A stretch of 57,933 nt of DNA, filler included, from Squatina squatina (Eukaryota): NCBI GenBank assembly GCA_031763465.1. It is 4 parts of 3 records of this genome, joined end to end, with 100 filler letters (N's around TTAATTAATTAA, not from the genome) between each part and the next. Parts side by side here need not be neighbours in the genome. Positions count along the whole stretch, not along the records: positions 26,562 to 42,223 come from JARFOE010000013.1; positions 42,324 to 57,933 come from JARFOE010000013.1; 2 more parts are not named here. One strand, 5' to 3'. How positions within the stretch are numbered: position 1 is the stretch's first letter; every line of letters begins with the position of its first letter. The notes below the pieces were generated by a model. That model worked only from the letters and a program-made list of their open reading frames with translations, searched no databases and was not told where the DNA came from. Below, in pieces: positions 36,164-48,700 of the stretch. The translations under genes were made by a program, and so were the position numbers.

Positions 36164-36359
36164 NNNNNNNNNNNNNNNNNNNNNNNNNNNNNNNNNNNNN
36201 NNNNNNNNNNNNNNNNNNNNNNNNNNNNNNNNNNNNNNNNNNNNNNNNNNNNNNNNNNNNNNNTTCAAAAGCTGTCTCCTACCAACTGCACCACACGCAC
36301 TGCTCAATGCACGACTACCTCCCACCAATCACTCAGCTACCAACAATCTTTACCAATCA

Positions 36360-36800
36360 TGAGGCACATTTCCTATTCCTAGGCTCACCTCACCCCCTTG
36401 GAGGAGACGGTGCAGGCCATTCTTGGCAGGGGCATGGCTGAGCCCTTGGCCAGCTGAGGGGCAGAGAAGTTGCAAAATGCTGGTATTCTCATATGTTATC
36501 CTCCTTATGGCATGATTCTCTTGCTTTCCTGTCCTCCTCTCATCACAACTCCACCCTTGTGCCTTCCTCATTTCCCACACCCAAGAAATAAAGCCTGCCC
36601 AGCCAGTGGTTGGCTGAGGAGAGAGAGAAAAGAAGAAGAAAAAGATGAAGAAGAAGAAAAAAAAAACACCGTCACTTGATTTGTCACTCCCATCCACCAG
36701 CTCCTCAAGGTCAACCACTAATGCTAGCTGCAGTGGCCTGCACTGAAAGTCAGCAGGCTTCCATCAGCCATGCTGCAGCCATTGGGATGGCACTGCATGA
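36360..36800 (+). mobile_element. Probable Harbinger Myb/SANT-like ORF remnant
   Basis: HLTPLEETVQAILGRG at about 36386-36433, then acidic EEEKDEEEE; the LTPLEE motif is typical of these ORFs. Confidence 0.35.
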
Positions 36801-39119
36801 CATCAGTAGGATAAGCAAAATCACAAACAAGACAGCCATTAAGAGAATGCATAATGGTGATGAGTTGATTTCTTGTTGTCACATTGGATGGATATATATA
36901 TATAAAGTTGGATTGGAAAGTTTGCTTTGTGGTGGCTTTTATTTCAGCATTGTAGCTAACAGGATGCTGTGATGGTCAGTAACAGAGAGAAGGTAAGGTG
37001 TGGGATTAATGTTGANNNNNNNNNNNNNNNNNNNNNNNNNNNNNNNNNNNNNNNNNNNNNNNNNNNNNNNNNNNNNNNNNNNNNNNNNNNNNNNNNNNNN
37101 NNNNNNNNNNNNNNNCTGGACTTCCGCGGTTTATTTTATTCACATAAGTATACGCAGACTGTGTCTATGATGTTCAAATAGATACATCCCCATCAAACTT
37201 CTCGTAATAATAGTTTGTCTGAAATAAGTTAGTGCACCAGGTTCTTCAGTAGGAACCTATAACCGACACTAGATGAATGATGACCGCGATGTAATGCGTG
37301 TGCTTTTTTTTCCGGATTCATTATATTTTCATACATGTTTAAAACAATTACAATTTAGGTGTTTATTTATTATTAAAAATGAGAGTTAGTAATCCAACTT
37401 GTGAATGTACTCGACCCACATAAACACAACCCAATGTTTCTGTTCTCATAAAAGTTATACATTTTTCGGCAATATCTCGTTTGCGAGTATTGGTTGGTAA
37501 AAGTGTACAGGTTAAAACCGTAGAAACAAACACGGTGCCTTCAGGATTTCCTTTACTTGGGGAGAAGAGCCCTTCCCATTTCCCCACGATGAGTTATTGA
37601 AGTTGGGTCCGCTCCCTCCTCTGACAGATCGCTGTGATGACACCCTTCGGTTCCGGTCTCCGACAGGGATGTGACCAGAGTCGACTTCTCTCCTGCAATG
37701 TCCCCGCGGCCCGATTGTTGACGAAAGCCCAAGATACGAAAGTAAGACCTGAATTCGTTCTGGGGTCGATAGGATCTCTACAACTGTTTACAAAATCAAT
37801 CAAATCTACCATAAATCCTCAGGAAGAGGTCGCTTCAAAACACACCTGCACAAACAATCAGCGGTCTGCNNNNNNNNNNNNNNNNNNNNNNNNNNNNNNN
37901 NNNNNNNNNNNNNNNNNNNNNNNNNNNNNNNNNNNNNNNNNNNNNNNNNNNNNNNNNNNNNNNNNNNNNNNNNNNNNNNNNNNNNNNNNNNNNNNNNNNN
38001 NNNNNNNNNNNNNNNNNNNNNNNNNNNNNNNNNNNNNNNNNNNNNNNNNNNNNNNNNNNNNNNNNNNNNNNNNNNNNNNNNNNNNNNNNNNNNNNNNNNN
38101 NNNNNNNNNNNNNNNNNNNNNNNNNNNNNNNNNNNNNNNNNNNNNNNNNNNNNNNNNNNNNNNNNNNNNNNNNNNNNNNNNNNNNNNNNNNNNNNNNNNN
38201 NNNNNNNNNNNNNNNNNNNNNNNNNNNNNNNNNNNNNNNNNNNNNNNNNNNNNNNNNNNNNNNNNNNNNNNNNNNNNNNNNNNNNNNNNNNNNNNNNNNN
38301 NNNNNNNNNNNNNNNNNNNNNNNNNNNNNNNNNNNNNNNNNNNNNNNNNNNNNNNNNNNNNNNNNNNNNNNNNNNNNNNNNNNNNNNNNNNNNNNNNNNN
38401 NNNNNNNNNNNNNNNNNNNNNNNNNNNNNNNNNNNNNNNNNNNNNNNNNNNNNNNNNNNNNNNNNNNNNNNNNNNNNNNNNNNNNNNNNNNNNNNNNNNN
38501 NNNNNNNNNNNNNNNNNNNNNNNNNNNNNNNNNNNNNNNNNNNNNNNNNNNNNNNNNNNNNNNNNNNNNNNNNNNNNNNNNNNNNNNNNNNNNNNNNNNN
38601 NNNNNNNNNNNNNNNNNNNNNNNNNNNNNNNNNNNNNNNNNNNNNNNNCTTCATTAAATGAATGAGCCGTTTAATCAGTGTTTGTTTTAACACCGATTGA
38701 TTGAAGGCTTCCAACTCAAATCCCAGCTCAGATGGAACGTACCATTGAGGGACGGATAAAGCCATACCGTGTTGATTAAAAGTTCAGACTCCGGAAGTGA
38801 ATGTAAGGTACAAAATATTTTAACATGTCGTCAATAACATAAACAAATTAAAACAGAAGGAAACTCCGCTGCCGTGCCCTTATTTGTGGGATATGATTGT
38901 CAATGCCTGTGTTTGTTGATCCCATCTTCGAATGGTTAGATCCACATAGAGCAGATACTTCCTGTTTAAAAGTGATAGTAGAAGCCGTCAAAGCCACTGG
39001 AGGTGGGGTTTCTTTTTTCGACAAAGGATCTTTTTGCGTATGTTTTTGGTATTTAACGAATTTGTGGAGGAAGCCCTTTTCACTTGAGGTTCATTTCAAT
39101 TTTCCACAAGATTGGTACC

Positions 39120-39557
39120 ATGTCTACGGGATCTCTCAGTGAAACTGAGGACATGCAGGAAATGGAATTCCAGGGGCTCTATCTCGAATGTAACGGTTTG
39201 AAACACGAGTCGAACGACACGGAGTTCTACATCTCTGCTGAAAACACTGATGAATCGAGCTCTGACTGCAGTTCCAAGAGAAAGAGGCGGGGGGCTGTTA
39301 GGAAGAAGCAACTGCCGAGGCTAGNNNNNNNNNNNNNNNNNNNNNNNNNNNNNNNNNNNNNNNNNNNNNNNNNNNNNNNNNNNNNNNNNNNNNNNNNNNN
39401 NNNNNNNNNNNNNNNNNNNNNNNNNNNNNNNNNNNNNNNNNNNNNNNNNNNNNNNNNNNNNNNNNNNNNNNNNNNNNNNNNNNNNNNNNNNNNNNNNNNN
39501 NNNNNAATCTTAGCAAATGATAAATACGAAAATGGATACGTCCATCCGGTAAATCTG
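39120..39557 (+). CDS. TCF21 / musculin (MSC) family bHLH transcription factor, exon 1 (bHLH core hidden in gap 39325-39505)
   Basis: accATG; MSTGSLSETEDMQEMEFQGLYLECNGLK...KRKRR...[gap, in frame]...ILANDKYENGYVHPVNL|GTAAGA; N-terminus, post-bHLH motif and phase-0 intron match TCF21/MSC. Confidence 0.9.
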
Positions 39558-41785
39558 GTAAGAAAATGCGGATATTGTCTAAACAAGTAACTGGAAAGAA
39601 TCTAAATTCCTGACCACCTCTATGCATAACGTGTAAATGGTATTGAGATTAACATGTTATAATGATTAATATGCATCCATATTTCCTTATATTTAAAGTA
39701 CTGCTAAAACACAGGTTTGCGCAGGACCAAAATTAAATCAGTATCAGCACTAAGTTAATGAGCTGAAACGTAAATATACTTTTAGGTGTAGATTTTGTAC
39801 ATTACAAGTAAACTGATCATTTTATGATACAACATGTAAGTACTATTTTAATAACTAACTTCACATAAATTAATTTCTCACATCTGCTTCTGTGCTCCAA
39901 GGTTCGATGAACTTCTGCATTCCATCCCAAGAACTAAACTAAAATGACCAATCGCCATATATTCCAGCTAATGAAAATCTTAGAAAACAGACAGGTGCAT
40001 CTTTACCAGCTACACTTCACTTCTAAAATATAAATAAAGATAACGTATGTATAAAACTTTTAATAAAATTCCAGAAGTCATTTTGTAGTATACCCATGTA
40101 TTAGTTGCACATTTCACGACCTCGCCCCAAAACACACAGGAGGTGTTTATAGGAAAATTTAGATATAATGCAATATTAGAAGCTCTTGCGTAATGTTATA
40201 AAACATATCAGAACTCTCCCACACAAGCTTTACGCTTTCACAAAACTCGAGAACCCACACAGATTGACAGCTTCTCGTTTAAACTTGCAATTACACCAGG
40301 TGGGATTTTTGTGTCAATAAACCNNNNNNNNNNNNNNNNNNNNNNNNNNNNNNNNNNNNNNNNNNNNNNNNNNNNNNNNNNNNNNNNNNNNNNNNNNNNN
40401 NNNNNNNNNNNNNNNNNNNNNNNNNNNNNNNNNNNNNNNNNNNNNNNNNNNNNNNNNNNNNNNNNNNNNNNNNNNNNNNNNNNNNNNNNNNNNNNNNNNN
40501 NNNNNNNNNNNNNNNNNNNNNNNNNNNNNNNNNNNNNNNNNNNNNNNNNNNNNNNNNNNNNNNNNNNNNNNNNNNNNNNNNNNNNNNNNNNNNNNNNNNN
40601 NNNNNNNNNNNNNNNNNNNNNNNNNNNNNNNNNNNNNNNNNNNNNNNNNNNNNNNNNNNNNNNNNNNNNNNNNNNNNNNNNNNNNNNNNNNNNNNNNNNN
40701 NNNNNNNNNNNNNNNNNNNNNNNNNNNNNNNNNNNNNNNNNNNNNNNNNNNNNNNNNNNNNNNNNNNNNNNNNNNNNNNNNNNNNNNNNNNNNNNNNNNN
40801 NNNNNNNNCTTACACAGTTGTCCTCTGTGCGGTGCTCGTAACTGAGATTTAACAGCGGCGTTTCAGAAATAAGAATTTTAAAGGATCAGCATTGTTTTGG
40901 GAGCTACGAGGCAACGACAGTTATTTCAGTTCAGTTAATATTGGGAAGTTTACAGGAAGCTAGGTTTATTGAAAGATTTCTGTGCAGAGTTCTTCAAGTC
41001 ACGTAACATTAGTACAAAGTAATAATGCTATTTAAAAATATTAAATCCTACAAGAGTAAATGGACAACCTTTCTGGAACGTTTGTCAGGAAGAGTTTCTG
41101 AGTCTCACACTGGGTCTGGTTTCATTAAAAAGGGCAGGTTTTTAATTGCATCGGAACGGTGAACCGCAAACCAGAGTTACAGAAATGTGTTTATATTGGG
41201 ACTCAATAAAATAGAAGATACCAAGGATCTTCGTTGGAAGCGAAACAGTTCATGGTTAGACCTACCCTTCCGGATAACACTAACTAATAACTCCCAGGTT
41301 AATCACCTTTAACACATGATCTCCTGTATTTCCAATTGTATATCTGTATGTGGACAAGAAATGATTGGTAGTTTTAAGTTGGTTATCTTGGGATATATGA
41401 ATAATGTTAATGTGTTGGGCATNNNNNNNNNNCTTTCCTCGTTGTTGGCCCAACTGGTAACATAGCATCAGCTCACGCTTCAAATCTGCCGCTTTATTGG
41501 AACCGTTCACAAAGCTCTCGCTTTCTGGGAATTCGGTGTTGCTGATTCCCATTTTATACTACATTTATTGCATGTCGTATCGTATAGATTTTCTGAAGAA
41601 CTTGATCTATGTTCCTGCGGAATTTTATTTGATGCTGAGCAAATGCAACTGAGCTCAAATTTAAAGTAAAACAGTGGGAGTGATGAATATTTCCTAATTT
41701 ATGTAAAGGGGTTGCAGACCTAAAACTCATTGTGTCACTAGTAACCAGTAGATTATTATTCTGACTCATTTATTTCAAATTTCAG

Positions 41786-41872
41786 ACCTGGCCTTTCGTG
41801 GTTTCAGGAAGATCAGAAGTTGATAGCAAGGATCTCGCTGCCTCGTCCAGACTGTGTGGGACTACAGCCTAG
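41786..41872 (+). CDS. TCF21/MSC family bHLH factor, exon 2
   Basis: Acceptor tttcag|; TWPFVVSGRSEVDSKDLAASSRLCGTTA*. Not in the ORF track; found by manual translation. Confidence 0.92.
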   Translation, partial: TWPFVVSGRSEVDSKDLAASSRLCGTTA

Positions 41873-42223
41873 CAGTACCAGCAAGCTCCCAGTTCAACTC
41901 CCTCAACGAGCAAGTTTCAGCGTTGTCGCGCTTGACCAGGCAGATAGTGTGGGCTGTCCCAATGGGAGGGGTCAGCAGTCCATCGTCACTTCATTTGTTT
42001 TTTTTTTCTTCAATTTTCCGTGTTTTAACTGCATGCTTTGCAGGACAAAGCTCTTAATCGCGGCAGAATGTCATGAGTGGGGAAGAGAGTAGAGAAACAT
42101 TGATGACGATTGTCTGGTCAATGGGAGATATACAATGGACACACAATAAGGACCAATTATGGACGTTACGTTATACGGCGTGGGATCAGACACCAACATG
42201 AAAGCCCATTCAGTATTAAAAAA

Positions 42224-42323
42224 NNNNNNNNNNNNNNNNNNNNNNNNNNNNNNNNNNNNNNNNNNNNTTAATTAATTAANNNNNNNNNNNNNNNNNNNNN
42301 NNNNNNNNNNNNNNNNNNNNNNN
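42224..42323. other. Artificial contig-joining spacer
   Basis: N44-TTAATTAATTAA-N44. Confidence 0.95.
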
Positions 42324-43101
42324 TTTTAGTAATTGCTGTTCCCGCTCTCTGTGTGTCATCTCCTCCTACTCTTTCAGTTACTGCCATTCAAGCACTAGAC
42401 CCCACTCTCATTGTTACACGCGACATGTTTCGCAATGCCTGTCCTGTTTCTCAACTGTGACTGAACAGAACACACAAAGGAGCGGAATGGAAATCGCAAA
42501 GCATTATCCAGGAGCATTATGGTAATCACTCCCTATAAAGATGCAACTCACTGATCCCTTTTAGAGTTTTTAAGCCACATAGATGAGAGATTATAGGAGC
42601 TAGTGGGGGCCATTTGTCTCCTTGTCACACACGTACATGATCTTAAAGCAAAATGATTTCCTTAAAGCGTCAATTTTGAAATCTCTTAGCCTGTATTGAG
42701 GAGAAAAAAGACCACACTTGTCACTGAGATATAAATAATCAAATTGTTCATTATTAATTAGATGGGGTCTTTTAATTTCTCTATTAAGGCTGCATTCAGT
42801 AAAACATTGTGTGCCTGGATCACAGTAATTAAAGAGGTGATGAATGCGAAGGATCACACTTTTTGTTTGCTGTGCATTTGGTTCCTGGCTCTCACCCCCA
42901 GCCACAGAATCACTTAAGGCATGCATGTTCTCACACTGACACTCTTTTACTGTGACTTGCAGTAAGCAGGCTTGAGTAATATTGCCGTTTAATATCTTCT
43001 GTTGAACACGTATTAGCTTAAGACATTGTTAACACTTGTGCCGTCTGTTCACTGACTTCAAATGTGCTGTTTTAAATCTCAGACTGAGAAACACAAGCCC
43101 G

Positions 43102-43142
43102 ATCATAGAATCATAGAATCATAGAATGGTTACAGCACAGAA
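43102..43142 (-). repeat. CR1 3'-terminal (ATTCTATG)n microsatellite
   Basis: atcatagaatcatagaatcatagaatggttacagcacag. Confidence 0.7.
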
Positions 43143-44959
43143 NNNNNNNNNNNNNNNNNNNNNNNNNNNNNNNNNNNNNNNNNNNNNNNNNNNNNNNNNN
43201 NNNNNNNNNNNNNNNNNNNNNNNNNNNNNNNNNNNNNNNNNNCTGCTCTGTTCCTGCACTGAACATTTGCTGACTCTCTCTGCTAACTTAACAGCACCTT
43301 TATAGTAAGTGGTATTAACACAATGTGGGCTGGAATGTAATCATGTGCAAAAGTTAACAATAATTTTTGGTTTGTATTTTCAAAAATCCTAATTTTAAAA
43401 GCAAAATGTTAGAAATATACAAAAGAAAATTGCTTTATGATATATGATGTACTGTTTCACCAAACCTGCTCACATTGGGCATCTTCTATTGCTATCCACT
43501 ACTTGTAATGGTACATTGCTGTGAGAATGAAATTACCTTTCAGGGAGTGTGTTCTGAAGCAAAATAACCTGTAATTATGTGCTTTACAATTTTAATTAGC
43601 ATTCTAATATACTTAGATTTGGATTCCACTCTTTCCTAGTCTCTTGTTGGGCTGTTAATTAGTCAACTAATTATTTCTTATTTGGGCACAGATAAACACT
43701 TGGAGGTGGCAGTTTCAGCTGTCTTTTTGGGAAACCTTCAACAGAACTGAGCTATTTCTCACCATCTCCTCAAGACACCACTTTTTGGGCAAAACAGAAA
43801 ATGCTGGAAATACCTCACAGCCAGCATCTGAGAAGGAGTATTTCAGGCGGAACATTCATCAGGACAGTCTTCCTTTATTGAATGATCCTCTGCATTTCCA
43901 GCAGTTTCTGGCCTTGTTTCAGATTTCCTGCATTCATAGTTTTTTTTTTAACTTCNNNNNNNNNNNNNNNNNNNNNNNNNNNNNNNNNNNNNNNNNNNNN
44001 NNNNNNNNNNNNNNNNNNNNNNNNNNNNNNNNNNNNNNNNNNNNNNNNNNNNNNNGTGTTAATGCCAGAGCTCCCCCAAAGAAATAACTAGCCCCCTATG
44101 CATGTTGCAAGTTCACTCTGAAACTTTATCTGACTTCCAGCCCAAGTTTCCTTATAACTGTGTGATTCATTTATTATTGCAGAACGTGTCAAAAATAAAC
44201 TTAATGACAGAGGTGGGAGGTTTGAGGATTAAGTAGATAAAAACATCCTGAACACTAATGGAAATTATGTTACACAAGGCAAAGATTAGCTGATCAGAAT
44301 TCCTAAAATTGGTCAGGCAACTGACATAAAATCATTGGTATATGACAGCGCTTGTTCATCCATGATTTTGAGGAGATTAAAATAGCCAATCAATCAAAAA
44401 CTAATTATATAGCTTGAAAATTTGACCTGACAATGTTTCTCCTCCTGTTCCAGTTTTGGTAAGTAATTATATTAAGAGTACCGCAGTTTTTCTACTTAAT
44501 ATGTTTAAAGACTGCGTAAAACTCGTGTTAGTCATCCCTTTCAGCATCAAGGTTGTCTCTCTAGGGATCATGCCACAATGGTTCACTGGGGGCAAGCACT
44601 ACACAGTGCCCCACAAATGAAAAAGGTCCTTTATTTGAACTCTGGGTGCTGATTTGGCTGATCTCAGGCAGGGTGACGGTACGAGGAGAGCAGTTGACCT
44701 CAGTGTCCCCATATTTGGAAGGGGAACTATCAGCCAGGGTTCTTACTACTGGTCTCGATCAAAGTGACCCCTTCTGGAATGAAAGTATAAAATGCTAGAA
44801 ATACCTGACAAGACCATTAGCACCTATAAACAGGATAGGCTGACTTTTTGTGAGAGGNNNNNNNNNNNNNNNNNNNNNNNNNNNNNNNNNNNNNNNNNNN
44901 NNNNNNNNNNNNNNNNNNNNNNNNNNNNNNNNNNNNNNNNNNNNNNNNNNNNNNNNNAG

Positions 44960-45751
44960 ACATATAAGGTCAAATTGGACTTTCTAAAAAAGAATGGATT
45001 CTGCTTTGGCTGTTTAGTAAAAGGACATTTAAGCAAAGACTGCACAAAGAAAATCACCTGTCAATCGTGCTCAAAGAAACATCCTAGCATGCTACACATT
45101 ACAGCACAAGACACCGCTCAACCGATAGCAAAGGCTGACAAAACTGAACCAGTTGAAACACTGCCTGCTACAGTGAGTCATGAAACAAGTGCCTGGACTG
45201 GGGCTGGAGATGACTGTATTCTCTCCATAGTACCTGTTAAAATAAAGTCCAAGAAAGGTGATAAAACACTAGAGGTGTATGCATTCTTAGACCCAGGTAG
45301 TACCATGACATTCTGTACAGAGTCATTGGCAAGGCAGTTAAACGTACGACGCAGAAGAACCGACATATGGCTGAGAACCATGAACTCTGTCGAAACTGTA
45401 GAAAGTTACGTGCTCACTGACTTAGAAATCAGTGGACTGGAAGAAAATACCTTTATCGAACTCCCCAAAGTACACACATATAAGAGCATCCCAGTTACGG
45501 TGGAAAACATTCCACGACAAAATGAAATTGATAATTGGCCATACCTTAGTGATGTAAGGCTTCCCCAGATTAACGCTGGAGTTGAGATCCTTATAGGTAA
45601 CCAAGAGCACAAGCTCCACAAACCATTCCGAGTGATTAACAGCCAGCACATGGGACCATACGCCGTAAAAACTGCTCTTGGATGGACTATAAGCGGTCCT
45701 CTACAAGAACCAGTCGAGAATGGCTTGCTTAATAATAAATTAATTTACTAA
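44960..45751 (+). mobile_element. BEL/Pao LTR-retrotransposon gag (Zn knuckles)-aspartic protease fragment, open frame
   Basis: CFGCLVKGHLSKDC (CX2CX4HX4C) plus CQSCSKKHPSMLH, then IVPVKI...YAFLDPGSTMTFCTE, EILIG and PYAVKTALGWTISGP; 5' end in a gap; no RT follows. Confidence 0.88.
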
Positions 45752-48700
45752 TCATTGCACCTTTTTCACCTTGAATCACAAATGAAGCAAAAACTGTGCA
45801 TGGCAATGCCTGCGTGTCATTCGATAATCTATTCCATTACCTATTTGCAGCTCTTATTTCATGGCTGGCTTAACCACTGTGAAGCTACTGGTCCATTTTT
45901 AATGGGTGAATGTTCTTGGCCCATTGAAGAAAATTAGCAGCATGAACAATGCCAGTCTTACTTACAGAAGGAATCGAGTGAATCCAATGCCTTTACCCCA
46001 TCTTCCGTCACAAAGGACAAAAAAAAATCAATGCCATTGTCAAATGCAAGCGTATTTCTGAAATGATTGACTTTAGAAAACACCTGCAATCTGTTGTGTA
46101 ATGCTTGCCCTGTTACGTAGTGAAGGACAAGGACAATTGCCACTCTCGACATTTGCTGTTTGTACTTTCAAATTCTTCAGAATCTTTGACATCTCTCTTA
46201 AATTTCTATTTGCAGAATTTGATCTCTGTCATTAACTGCTAGTCAAGGATAACTTGCTGATCATTTCCCTGTCAGCAAGATGGAGTAAAATGGTTATCCA
46301 GCCATTTCCAGTCAAAGAGTCAAACAAAGGTCAACATTCAACACAACAGATCTTTATGCTTTATTTACCTGAAGACTTTTTCCCTCACCAACTTTTTCTT
46401 GTCACCTCTCTTGAAGGTTTGTGGATGATTGCACAGGTGCCTCACTGAACTGACCAATCGTCATGGAGGAGCATTTACAGTAGCAGTAGGCTGTTTGATC
46501 ATCACAGCTGAACCAGATACTTCCTTCATCTCATTTGTTATTCCTAGCCCAGTGTGTGGCCAATTGTAGCACTCCTACTATCAGTTTAGTTGTGATAGTC
46601 TTCCATTTTAGCATCTAGCTCCGGCCAAGAATAGTGTCTCATAGCCTTTATTAAAAACACTGCCCCATCTTCCAAGGGATTACCAAATTATTCCTGTCAC
46701 TGAAACCCTTATCCATAAATTCATGACCTCCATACCAAAGCCCCATAGATAAACTGTTTGGAATTCACCAGAATTCAAAAGTGAAATACGAGATTGTTGG
46801 AAAAGGGATTCTGGATACTGTGAGATGATAGATTGAAATAAAGTGGTCTGAAACATAATTCTGAAGAAGGAGGGTGTGAATAAAAGTAATCTTTATTTCA
46901 GTTTCCAAGACTAAGGAGGGAAGAAGAAGGAATAAAGAGATATCAAATCCAAATTAGGTGTCCTATAAAAGCCTCTGCTTCTGCAGCTATAAGAGCTGAT
47001 TTTTTTCTGCTGTGCGCCCGGAAACATTTAGGGTCCGAAATTCATATCTGCCGCGTTCCAGATGCAACTGCTCACAGTAGCGCCTCGCTAGCGTCCAGTG
47101 TACACATCGCCCGGGAGGTGCAGAATTAAGATTTTTTTTGTAGGAATCCAGGTGTGGCGCTGATAGGGTGCTGGAGGGGTGCTCCTACTGAGCCTGCAAC
47201 CACTTGCATGTTACCCACTTAGTTCCTCAATCAACTTTCCATTGACTGGATTGTTTTAAAAACTTGTAGGTTCTGCCTTCCACAGCTCAATGGGCTCATT
47301 TTTGTGGCTGCATACAACTAAACTTTAGTTGAAAACATCACACCTCACAATAGAAGGAGTTGTAGGTTCAGTGATGCGACGCTGGACACCTTGGTGGGNN
47401 NNNNNNNNNNNNNNNNNNNNNNNNNNNNNNNNNNNNNNNNNNNNNNNNNNNNNNNNNNNNNNNNNNNNNNNNNNNNNNNNNNNNNNNNNNNNNNNNNNCT
47501 CTGTTACCAGCAATGCAATTCCTCCCCCCCACAATCCCAATTTTCTTTCCTGCACTCCACCCAGGCAATAATTCCCACTCAGATGGTACAGATGATAAAT
47601 TGACCCCAATTAGTTTCCAATCTTGCTGCACCTAGCACACAAAGTGAAATTTTTATCCTCTGAGCTAGCTTTTCCATCCACACATGTGTATGTGGACAGC
47701 TAAAGCCACTTGAACTGCTCTGGAAAGATACTTCAGGCGTTTCTGACTAGTTTTGTTTATTTTCTTTCCAATACGAATTGGTCAGATACTCAATGATGCC
47801 CTTAAGCTCACAATGCATGTTTTGGGAAATGGAGTGGCTCAGAAAAGAACAACAGATAAGAATTATTGGCGGCATTCCCTTCAACAACTCCCAGCTTTCT
47901 TTTATTTTTGTGTTCTGACAAAAACCTCAAGAGAATTCTCACACATTCAATGGCGAAGTGACATAACTGAACCTGGCGCCAACATTTTCTGTAAGCTGGT
48001 TACTGAATTTGCTCCAGTGATGTTCTTTGATAAGCAACAAAAGAGTGTGTAAAGCAGTGCATCAGAGAGAGAGCAATGCACAGGAAACAAATTCACGGTT
48101 TCTGATGGCATATTGGATCAGGTCAAGTTCAGTCTCTAGGTGGTCTTTCCTGACTAGAATTCTAAACGTGTGGCATGAAAGCACAGCATTGTTCAAGATA
48201 CAGTTCAGCCTTTCTGTATTGTCCTTCATTAATAAAGTATAATTGCATCAGTGGAGGCTTTCTTACAGATTTCCATTCACATTCTCACTTAAAAAGACAT
48301 GGCACTGGATTCATTTATTATTCCCGGTACTACAAAGATAACATTTACAAAAAAGGAGAAAACTATTTTTGTGTGCTGGGAGGAGGAGGGTTCTTCTCAG
48401 CTCATCTCTATAAATCAGCCCTCTCTCCAAGGTAACCCAGGCGAAGTGACAATCAATCATGTTCTATCATGANNNNNNNNNNNNNNNNNNNNNNNNNNNN
48501 NNNNNNNNNNNNNNNNNNNNNNNNNNNNNNNNNNNNNNNNNNNNNNNNNNNNNNNNNNNNNNNNNNNNNNNNTTCTCAAGGGCAATTAGGGATGGTCAAT
48601 CAATGCTAGCCTTGCCAGCGATGCCCATATCCCAGGAACAATTTTTTTTTAAACTAATTGGAGAATACTCGCCTTTGAGCATTTGGGTTGTGGCCAGTTC

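Noticed and set aside
37634-38765. Long ORFs (343 and 319 aa), and similar ones at 40311 and 51521-52213
   Set aside because: Almost entirely translated Ns.
37116-42223. Endogenous virus or contaminant suggested by different composition and odd-sized gaps
   Set aside because: Explained by the TCF21/MSC-family gene with canonical splice sites; no viral motifs found.
44960-45751. ARC orthologue next to ADGRB1
   Set aside because: Zn-knuckle array and protease are BEL/Pao type; ARC is Ty3/gypsy capsid-derived and lacks both.
45958-46090. Possible minus-strand exon VFSKVNHFRNTLAFDNG... with a gtaagt donor
   Set aside because: Weak acceptor, internal T-run, no recognisable protein similarity.
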